Shown piece after piece: positions 8,047-15,703 of a stretch of DNA of 30,228 bases. A program made the translations under genes and the position numbers. The number at the start of each line of letters is the position of its first letter. Position 1 is the first letter of the stretch. This DNA is from a virus (taxonomy: Duplodnaviria; Caudoviricetes): the IMG/VR virus record IMGVR_UViG_3300032255_000017, positions 1 through 30,228 of that record; one strand, written 5' to 3'. A model generated the notes under the pieces. That model was not told the DNA's origin. It searched no databases and worked only from the letters and a program-made list of their open reading frames with translations.

Positions 8047-9945
8047 CTAAGTGATCGCGTCTGCCATAACAGCAAAACTTTCAGGGTGACGAACAGCCAA
8101 ATCACAATCTTGAAATGCTGTAACTCGGATCGCGCCTTTGGTTGCTTGAGTGTATGGGTCAACTTGAACATCAAGACCGCCCCACATACCAATAATTAAG
8201 TCCGCGAAGTTGCCAAACATAATTGCCGAAAGGTTTGCACCCGTTCCCTTGGTTAAGTTGCTTGGCACTTGATTGGAGACAACTGCATCATAACCATTGA
8301 TCGGATTATCGCCGACCGCCCAAACAAATCGACCAGAACCGCTATCCAGCAATGTTTGCTTTAACGCACCTCTCACTTTCGTGTTTGTGAGGTAACAGAA
8401 ACGAGAACCAGCTACGTTTGCATTTGCGATTGAGCTTTCAAGATCAACAACATCAGCCCAGTCGGGAGCTGCGCCATTCGTTCCGCCAGCTATTGAACCG
8501 ATACCACTCTGATTCATAATGCCAAGAGGTTGATTACTCGCGCCGGTACCATTAATGCCAGCTTGGTCGATTGCGAGAGCAAGACGCATTGCTAATTCGT
8601 TTCGCACGAATGCTTCTGCTGAAATTGAACCTTGCAATAATAGGCGTCTCGAAATATCCGAAAACGCTCCAACCGTTTTAGGAGTTAGTGCTACTTGGTC
8701 GAATGTCGCGCTTGACTCGGTCGGTGCGCCATTTTCAGCAAGCCAAAAATGCGAGGCTCCACCGGTCTGTCTTGGAATAGCGATATTACCGTTAAGACCA
8801 TTTAGAATGGTTGCCCCACACTGAATAAGCGCCAGCGCATTTTCGAGCGATTCGATAAATGAACCGCTCAATAAATCCGTTGATACTAAATTGCCGCCAT
8901 CGGCAGCCGTTCCAACACTATAAGCGCGAGTTAGGACATCATAGGGGACCATCGCACCCTTTGACTCTTTTCCAGTTTTTTCAAGCGCCGCACTTGAGCA
9001 TTCTAATTCGAAAGCCGCAGCACGTTGAAGACCGACATCTTGCGGATTAGCAAGCGCGGTAATCAAGCGAGAAAATGAGTATCCGCCCTGCTCTTTTTCA
9101 GTCATCCCAATGTTTGGGTCTTCTGCTTTGGTCGGGTTCAATCCACCACGCTCAAGTACTGCTTGGTTAAAATCGTGTATGGATTTTCCTTCCGAGATCA
9201 TTTTTTCTGCAAGATCCTGCGCTTGATAACTTACACCTGCTTTCTGTAATTCAATTACTCGCGCGCGCTCTTTTTGCTCAGCTTCGTCTGCAGCGTTTTT
9301 ACGTTCCGCTTGAACGTCGATTTTTTCGATTTTGTCAGTCATTTTAGTTTCCTCATTGACTATAGGTTCATTGATAATTTCATCTTTTATTTTTTCGGTT
9401 TCTGATTTCGGCACACGCGCTTCAACCTGACGACCAACACCCACCGAAGGATCGGCGGCTACACTAACCAAAGAGACTTCGTAAGGCTGCCAATCTGTAA
9501 CGCGGTACAGATCTGCTCCATCCTCTCTCTCTTCGATTAATTTCATTTCGTTGACCATATAGCCAACTGATACTTGAGTTCTAATTCCGTCGATCACGTC
9601 TTGATAAATCTCTTCTCCACGTACCGATTTGCTGAATCGAACAACTGCACGCCCTCGCAAATCAGAATCGATCCGAACACTTTCGACAACTCCAATTTGA
9701 TCATCCCAATCGTGTCCAACTAGAAGCGCTGCACCTGTTTCCATACGAGATAAATCAACTTCTTTACCTTCATGGCCCAATACTTCATCACCAAACCATC
9801 GGCGGTAAGGTTCTTCGCTCGAAAACGCAATTTCAACGGTTCTCTTTTCTTCATCGTGCTGCATTTTTTCCAATAAAAAACCCCGCGATTGCGGGGCTTT
9901 TTTAAAGTCATCAAATTTTCTATCATTCTTAGGTTTCATCTTCAA
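8047..9945 (-). CDS. Prohead protease-major capsid protein fusion (HK97 fold); probable start ATG 9939
   Basis: N-terminal HK97-type protease motifs (LLVGHDWDDQIG, VSVGY, EVSLVSVAADPSVGVGR), charged scaffold-like linker, then capsid motifs (GGNLV, WLAENGA, FGNFADL, VRHPESF). Confidence 0.95.
   Translation of the reverse strand: MKMKPKNDRKFDDFKKAPQSRGFLLEKMQHDEEKRTVEIAFSSEEPYRRWFGDEVLGHEGKEVDLSRMETGAALLVGHDWDDQIGVVESVRIDSDLRGRAVVRFSKSVRGEEIYQDVIDGIRTQVSVGYMVNEMKLIEEREDGADLYRVTDWQPYEVSLVSVAADPSVGVGRQVEARVPKSETEKIKDEIINEPIVNEETKMTDKIEKIDVQAERKNAADEAEQKERARVIELQKAGVSYQAQDLAEKMISEGKSIHDFNQAVLERGGLNPTKAEDPNIGMTEKEQGGYSFSRLITALANPQDVGLQRAAAFELECSSAALEKTGKESKGAMVPYDVLTRAYSVGTAADGGNLVSTDLLSGSFIESLENALALIQCGATILNGLNGNIAIPRQTGGASHFWLAENGAPTESSATFDQVALTPKTVGAFSDISRRLLLQGSISAEAFVRNELAMRLALAIDQAGINGTGASNQPLGIMNQSGIGSIAGGTNGAAPDWADVVDLESSIANANVAGSRFCYLTNTKVRGALKQTLLDSGSGRFVWAVGDNPINGYDAVVSNQVPSNLTKGTGANLSAIMFGNFADLIIGMWGGLDVQVDPYTQATKGAIRVTAFQDCDLAVRHPESFAVMADAIT
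9875..9903. terminator. Bidirectional intrinsic terminator-like hairpin inside the 5' end of the protease-capsid gene
   Basis: AAAAAA-CCCCGC-GATT-GCGGGG-C-TTTTTT. Confidence 0.55.
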
Positions 9946-11434
9946 CCTCTTCTGGTTTGTCTGGTGTCGCCATCAAGGCCAACTCTGTCTTAATTCCATA
10001 TTCGTCTAAAATTTCGTTTTCCTTTTTTAATTCTTCCCATACTTGCAATGGGTCGCCACCTTGTTCGCGAATTATGTCGCCACGAGAACGTAGGCCGTTA
10101 TTAACTGCTAGTACGCCAGCTTCTAAATCTTTCTTAGGATCAACCCATGCCCAACGCCTTGCTTGAAATCGGTGCTCTTTGAATCGCTCCAACTCACCAC
10201 TTGATAGTGGTTGGCCAGTTGAGGGAAAAACCAACAGCCCACGAACTAACGCAGCACTTATCCATCGACAAAAAATATCTGAGGCTACATGTTCAATAAA
10301 CCATTCTTGAGCCACTTTCCAAAGCTCTCGACTTTCCAAAACCCCGCCTCGCAAACTCGAAAAGTTCACTCCTTCTAAATCATTAGCGAGTGTGTTGTAG
10401 TCGACACCAAGACCAGAGGCAATACCTCTAAGAACGCCTTTTACATAATCTTTATACGCTCCATTCGGATGACTTGGATCCCACGTATGAACTTTCGCCC
10501 CATTGTCCAAGTAGTGCCAGCTTCCCGGATCGGTTTCGATGACTGGCTCATCATCGTAATCATCGTCACCCTCAAAGCCTCGACCGTTTTCACCACGCTC
10601 AATAAAGCCCATTGAGCTAGATCCTGTTCTTGCAGCAACCAATTCCGCTTCTTCATAACCGGCTAAGTAACGCATACGAAGCATCGCCGCAGCGCTATGC
10701 GGATAACCACGAATTTGATTAACGTACTCAGTCATAAATTTGTGGATAACATGCTTTTTATCAAAACGGACGTACCCTTTTCCACCGAATAAATAGTAGT
10801 TAGAATGGGTCGTATCTGTGCTGTGAAAATGATAAGCGACCGCGCGGCCAATAGGGTCTAATTCCACCCCCATCCGAACACGGTTCTTGCCGCGCCATTC
10901 GTTTTGGTTCACATCCATCAACTCTGGATCCATGAACTTAAAGCTAATGCCGTGTTCGCCCTGCGCATATTCGACAAGAATTATTTCACCATCCCGAAAA
11001 AGTGAATCGATTGCAAGGTTCTGCATATCTCTCATGGATAATCTTTCTTGTGCGCAACATACGCTTGGCTTAGAAAATTGCTGCCAGCCTTTTTCGATGA
11101 TGCCTCTAACTAGTTCATCTGGTTCGCCTCGCCGTTTACCCAACCCTCTAACGACTTGCGAACGAAGTTGAATACCCGTAGAGCCAACGATATTAGAACG
11201 ACACAGCTGAAAAAACCGACGAAGGTAAGGATCGTTTTTAGCGAGCTGTCTAGATCGAGCACGTAACTGTCTCAACTCATCTTCGAGCTGTGCGTTGATT
11301 GGCCGACTTTCGATGCTCCAACCACTTACCAAGTTATCGAATTTGGAAGCATCCCAAGCCGATCGAGAGCGTTTTTTTGGTCGATGAATTTTAGAGTGTT
11401 TTTCTGTGTTTTTATTTTTGAAAGGCCAAAACAT
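9929..11434 (-). CDS. Portal protein, lambda family
   Basis: 501 aa; LRARSRQLAKND, QIRGYP, VNFSSLRGG, WAWVDPKKD motifs of lambda gpB-type portals. Confidence 0.96.
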   Translation of the reverse strand: MFWPFKNKNTEKHSKIHRPKKRSRSAWDASKFDNLVSGWSIESRPINAQLEDELRQLRARSRQLAKNDPYLRRFFQLCRSNIVGSTGIQLRSQVVRGLGKRRGEPDELVRGIIEKGWQQFSKPSVCCAQERLSMRDMQNLAIDSLFRDGEIILVEYAQGEHGISFKFMDPELMDVNQNEWRGKNRVRMGVELDPIGRAVAYHFHSTDTTHSNYYLFGGKGYVRFDKKHVIHKFMTEYVNQIRGYPHSAAAMLRMRYLAGYEEAELVAARTGSSSMGFIERGENGRGFEGDDDYDDEPVIETDPGSWHYLDNGAKVHTWDPSHPNGAYKDYVKGVLRGIASGLGVDYNTLANDLEGVNFSSLRGGVLESRELWKVAQEWFIEHVASDIFCRWISAALVRGLLVFPSTGQPLSSGELERFKEHRFQARRWAWVDPKKDLEAGVLAVNNGLRSRGDIIREQGGDPLQVWEELKKENEILDEYGIKTELALMATPDKPEEVEDET

Positions 11435-11973
11435 TATTTAAACCTCACCTGCATTTTTCCAGATACTTGCCCCAACTGCTTGGATTTACGATTAGACTTT
11501 TCTATTGCGATCTCGCGTTTAAATCGATCGCGGAATGCTATTAGTTGCTCAGGAGCATAGCGAGTAATACTTTTGCCGTTGATCGACATTGTTAGTTGGT
11601 CTTTGGTTGCCTTGTTTAAAATCGTTGCTTCAATTGCTTCTATAATTTTTTCTGCAAACGACCTTTGATCGATTGGCATGGTATGGTTCGGTAGTACTTC
11701 GAAATCCTTATCGACAACAGTAACACGCTCGTTTGTTTTTTCGACAAAACCAATTAACCGATACGATCCCGGAGTCCAGTTATTAGTAGCGGCGTTAGTA
11801 ATTGAAACCGTGTAATTTTCTCCAATGGCGCTTGCTAAAACCTCATATCGACTGATCGCGGAAACGATCGAATACTTTAGCGTCCAGATGGTCGCTGGAT
11901 AACCACTTAAGGATTTTTCCCAGCTTGCGCTATTTCCAGCGGTAATTTTATTTGGTTCAGTCATGATCACCAC
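11434..11973 (-). CDS. Head-tail adaptor (gpW position) with extra N-terminal beta-rich domain
   Basis: Between terminase and portal; C-terminal half (helix, MSINGKSITRY, helix) is gpW-like; the first ~95 aa look like an Ig-type beta sandwich. Confidence 0.65.
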   Translation of the reverse strand: MVIMTEPNKITAGNSASWEKSLSGYPATIWTLKYSIVSAISRYEVLASAIGENYTVSITNAATNNWTPGSYRLIGFVEKTNERVTVVDKDFEVLPNHTMPIDQRSFAEKIIEAIEATILNKATKDQLTMSINGKSITRYAPEQLIAFRDRFKREIAIEKSNRKSKQLGQVSGKMQVRFK

Positions 11974-13838
11974 TTATTGACAAACCCGCCACTTCGTTTA
12001 ATTCTCGATGGTCGCTGCTTTGTCGGTTGTTTTTGTTGATGTGTTTTTACTTCCGGCTCAGGAATAGCGTTAGAAATCAGTTTCGATTTAATCGCGTTGA
12101 TGTTTGGGTTCAATATTTCATAGGCCGCTAAATTATAAACATCGCAGTCAAGCGCCTCATTTCTTGGCCTCGTCTGAACGTATTCGAATACTGGCCGCCC
12201 CTTCAAATACTTGGTTATCCGTTTTTCGGCTGTTACTTGTTGAAACCATTCTTCGTCATAATGCTGTGGAAAATGGCAGTATCCTGCGCCGACTTCGCCA
12301 ATATTTAATCGTCCGAATATTATCTCTTTTGCTGTATCTGTGCCGACCGAAAATAAGTTGACCTTTCCTTTGTTATTTTTGCTAGGTCTTGAAACTATCG
12401 GAGCGGCTTTGGTACTGGACCCTTTGATTGCAAAAACTCTCCTAGCTTGACGAGGTTTTACAAACTTATAAACCTGATCGGTGTAGTGACCACCTGAATC
12501 GATACAAGTGCAACTTATTCTTAGCGTCAATCCAGATTCGTGAGTAAATTCAGATAATAGAAATACATCGAGACGTTTCCATAATTCAGTACGACCCGGA
12601 TCACCCCAAAATATTTCGTGTTTAATTTGCCAGCTTTCGCCGTCTTGGCCCCACGCTTTCACTTGCGCTTCTAATCGGTCATCCTGAACATCAACACCAC
12701 AAGTTAAAACGACACCATTTGCCGGAACCTCTGCGGGGTAGTGCTCTCGACGCATGTAAAGAGCGTGGTGTTCAACTTGCTCCCCCGCTTCTTCCCATGT
12801 TTCAGCCAAAGAGACGTTAATAAATGTTTGCAGATCGCCTTGCGCTTTTTTTTCTAAGAACGAACGAACAATATCGCTGAGCTTTCTAAACGTTGAAGCT
12901 AGCTCAGGTAGGTGATAACTAGCATGGCCATTGAATTCTTTTTCTGCAACCCATCTACCATTTCTAATAGATTCATATCGTTCGGCATCATCCCAAACAA
13001 CACCGCAATGCTCACATGCATATCTCGCCGTATCAGGAAAATGCTCTTTTTTCTTCCCCTTATCCCACCCAACTTGCGACCACTTCAAAAATTGTGATTC
13101 ACCGCAAGCGTGACAATCAACATACCAACGTCTCTGATCGCCTTCTTCAAACGCGCCCTCAATATGAGAAACGTTTTTAATTGTCGGTGTACTTGTTTCA
13201 AATAATAGTCTCTGGTCACCAAACGTTGCCGCTCGCTGCCAGAGCAACCCAATTGGATGGCCTTCGGACGTTCGCTCGTATCCGTCCGTTTCGTCGGGAT
13301 AGATTTTTGGCGCTGATCGCCCTCGCATCGTTTTCGGTGAACCAGACCATGCGAACATAAGAAATCCGCCGGGGTATTGCTTCATCCTTTGATTGTTTAC
13401 ACCTTCCCTTCCTCGGGGCGCTGCAATTTTTTCTTTTAATGATGGCGTGTTTTCAACCATCGGATCAAACTTTGCGCTTAACCAAGTTTGTAAGTCGCCT
13501 TGGCTAGGCTGCATGTGCATAATCGATTGAGGATCATGATCAATAAAATATCCCATCGACATTAACTGAACTTGACTCTTTCCAGTCTGAGCGCCCCACA
13601 TTAAAGTAATCCGGTAGCAACCTTCTTTCACCGCCATATTTAATGGCTCTACTTGATAGGGTGCATTTCTAAATCTGATGGGGCCGGGCAATGCGTTTCC
13701 TGCCGGAATTCTGCACTTATTTTCTGCCCACTCGCTCGGCAGAAGTTTCAACGGAGGCTTTAAACTTCTTAATGCTCTTCTTGATAAAAGTCGAACACCT
13801 TCCGTATTGCTGAAATCATTCTTCTGATTCATCGTCAA
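11967..13838 (-). CDS. terL: Terminase large subunit (lambda gpA family)
   Basis: 623 aa; Walker A GAQTGKS, Walker B DETDGY, STPT, CxxC pairs, nuclease GVDVQ, IDSGG and NEALDC motifs. Confidence 0.97.
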   Translation of the reverse strand: MTMNQKNDFSNTEGVRLLSRRALRSLKPPLKLLPSEWAENKCRIPAGNALPGPIRFRNAPYQVEPLNMAVKEGCYRITLMWGAQTGKSQVQLMSMGYFIDHDPQSIMHMQPSQGDLQTWLSAKFDPMVENTPSLKEKIAAPRGREGVNNQRMKQYPGGFLMFAWSGSPKTMRGRSAPKIYPDETDGYERTSEGHPIGLLWQRAATFGDQRLLFETSTPTIKNVSHIEGAFEEGDQRRWYVDCHACGESQFLKWSQVGWDKGKKKEHFPDTARYACEHCGVVWDDAERYESIRNGRWVAEKEFNGHASYHLPELASTFRKLSDIVRSFLEKKAQGDLQTFINVSLAETWEEAGEQVEHHALYMRREHYPAEVPANGVVLTCGVDVQDDRLEAQVKAWGQDGESWQIKHEIFWGDPGRTELWKRLDVFLLSEFTHESGLTLRISCTCIDSGGHYTDQVYKFVKPRQARRVFAIKGSSTKAAPIVSRPSKNNKGKVNLFSVGTDTAKEIIFGRLNIGEVGAGYCHFPQHYDEEWFQQVTAEKRITKYLKGRPVFEYVQTRPRNEALDCDVYNLAAYEILNPNINAIKSKLISNAIPEPEVKTHQQKQPTKQRPSRIKRSGGFVNKW

Positions 13839-14322
13839 ACTGATAAGCTAATGTAGTTAACGTTTCATCGACCTCGTCGAGAAGGACTTCTTTTATCTCT
13901 CCGAGGTTTTTCACCCCAAGAATTTGTGGCGCAACCCTCGCTGGCAATTGTCGTAATCTTGAGCGCAATTCGATCATGGTATTGGTCCACTGCTTTTCAA
14001 TTTCTACCAAGTCAGCGACTTCGCCCCTTCTAGTCGCAGCCTCAATTTCAGCAATCGTAGTTTCTGCCGCTAGCTTCCTTGTTTGTAATTCTTCCTTGTC
14101 TACACTGGCGGTATCACCAATGAGGTCATGAACAGCCTGATCAGTTCGCCACTGTGCAACCTCGGCGGTTGAGAATTTCCACTCTTGTCCACGGCTTCGA
14201 TCAGCCTTTTGAATATAAGGACATCCCTTTTTAACCCATGAAGAAACCGTGTTTCGATGAACCCCAAAGAACCCAGAAAGCCGCACCAAGCTAACAATGT
14301 TTCCTTTTTGTTTACTTGTCAT
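13816..14322 (-). CDS. terS: Terminase small subunit (Nu1-like)
   Basis: N-terminal winged HTH (FGVHRNTVSSWVKKGCP), coiled-coil C-terminus, overlaps terL. Confidence 0.92.
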   Translation of the reverse strand: MTSKQKGNIVSLVRLSGFFGVHRNTVSSWVKKGCPYIQKADRSRGQEWKFSTAEVAQWRTDQAVHDLIGDTASVDKEELQTRKLAAETTIAEIEAATRRGEVADLVEIEKQWTNTMIELRSRLRQLPARVAPQILGVKNLGEIKEVLLDEVDETLTTLAYQFDDESEE

Positions 14323-14344
14323 ATGCTGACGCTGAACTTAGATT

Positions 14345-14415
14345 CAAAACCCACGCACACCGTAAACCTCGCGCTGCCGCGTACCCTCAGTGAGGAAGGC
14401 TCCAAAGTACCTTTT
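14345..14415 (-). other. Putative cos/packaging initiation region
   Basis: GC-rich non-coding tract directly upstream of terS, where lambda-type terminase phages carry cos; exact nick site not determinable. Confidence 0.5.
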
Positions 14416-14446
14416 GTTTTCGATGGTAAGCTTAAGAATATTTTTA

Positions 14447-15034
14447 TCATCGCACGTACTTCCTCAGTGCTATGCGAACAGCGCTATCCAATTCGATTGG
14501 AATTCGCTCTCGTAATTTTGCTTTCATTAATGATTGAATGTATGGCTGCTCAAAGGTACGTCTTGGCGATGGTCCAGACACAGTTGTTATCTTGTTTTTA
14601 TTTCTTTTAAAAACTAACGTCTTACCACTTGTTCTACCGCGCCCAATAAATGTTCCATTGTATTGCTTTCTATTTCCCCAAGCGTTAGCCGATACTCCAC
14701 CAAACTTAAAACCTTTTCTTGTTCGCTTTCTAAAAGACTGAGGATTGCGTCGAGACGTAGTAACGAAATCTATTAGATTAGACGCCTTTGACTTAGTGAA
14801 ATTTATAATGAACTTTGGTTTACTTTTACTGGCCGTAAACATTAGCGGCACGACTGACTTACGAATATCTTTCTGTTTTACTTTTGTTTCCTTTGACACA
14901 GCCTTTATTGCCACAGATTGGACTGATTTCCCTACCCTATTTAATGCTTTCGGAATTGCTATTGGAATTACTTTCTTGGAGATACTGCCTAAATCTTTTT
15001 CTAATCTTTTTAATTCGTGCTTAATTGAAAACAT
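14447..15034 (-). CDS. Minor tail / tail completion protein Z-like
   Basis: 195 aa, very basic, ALNRVG...A motif and GTFI...VFKR...GPS C-terminal motif of lambda gpZ-like proteins. Confidence 0.75.
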   Translation of the reverse strand: MFSIKHELKRLEKDLGSISKKVIPIAIPKALNRVGKSVQSVAIKAVSKETKVKQKDIRKSVVPLMFTASKSKPKFIINFTKSKASNLIDFVTTSRRNPQSFRKRTRKGFKFGGVSANAWGNRKQYNGTFIGRGRTSGKTLVFKRNKNKITTVSGPSPRRTFEQPYIQSLMKAKLRERIPIELDSAVRIALRKYVR

Positions 15035-15337
15035 TCAAACGAACTTTATGTGAATTTTTCTTTCGCTATTCTCGTCGAATACGACCTGCCCTAACGGGTG
15101 AGAAGGATCAAATACAATTAGTTCCGCTACATGAGTACCAATAGGGATGTTTTCACTTTGAATATCGAATGTAATTTCTCCTAAGCTATCACCCGAAATA
15201 CCACTAGATACAGTGATGCCAGCCACATTTAATTCGAAATTTGTTGCTGCAGACCAATCGACCCCAACACCATCTTGCTTTACGGTTAATGAAAAGGTGT
15301 TATTACGACCTTGATATACGATTTCAGAAATATTCAT
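15035..15337 (-). CDS. Small Ig-like virion protein (BppU N-terminal-like), putative
   Basis: 100 aa, all-beta pattern YQGRNNTFSLTVKQDGVGVDWS...GEITFDI...GTHVAEL. Confidence 0.55.
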   Translation of the reverse strand: MNISEIVYQGRNNTFSLTVKQDGVGVDWSAATNFELNVAGITVSSGISGDSLGEITFDIQSENIPIGTHVAELIVFDPSHPLGQVVFDENSERKIHIKFV

Positions 15338-15675
15338 TAAGTTAAAGAAAGATCCGAGTCAAGCAAATCATATACACCTTGCCCTGCAAACACCTCGGGT
15401 GTTGCTAAAACCTGACTACCCATGAAAACGGCACCAGCCCAGTATCCAATGTATGCTACTGTTACACCATTAACGTCAAACTGTGGCACGTCGGAGCTAT
15501 CTCTATTTGCTGCAGCGGCAGGCGAATGGGTTATATTTTGGCGAGCGTATGCAGGTGAACCTCCACTAATTTCATTTAGCAAGCCGCTGGCACCGGGATC
15601 GCCCGAATGTGCTGAAACTTGTGTTATTAGCAGTGCGTCCAACATAATATTTTTTGCGGTAGTTGAAAATGGCAT
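15337..15675 (-). CDS. Small virion structural / fibre subunit, putative
   Basis: 112 aa; HSGDPG...NEISGGSPAYARQNI...TVAYIGYW pattern seen in widespread small phage minor structural proteins. Confidence 0.65.
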   Translation of the reverse strand: MPFSTTAKNIMLDALLITQVSAHSGDPGASGLLNEISGGSPAYARQNITHSPAAAANRDSSDVPQFDVNGVTVAYIGYWAGAVFMGSQVLATPEVFAGQGVYDLLDSDLSLT

Positions 15676-15703
15676 GTTTTAGTTCCCGTTTTTGATTGGT
15701 GTG

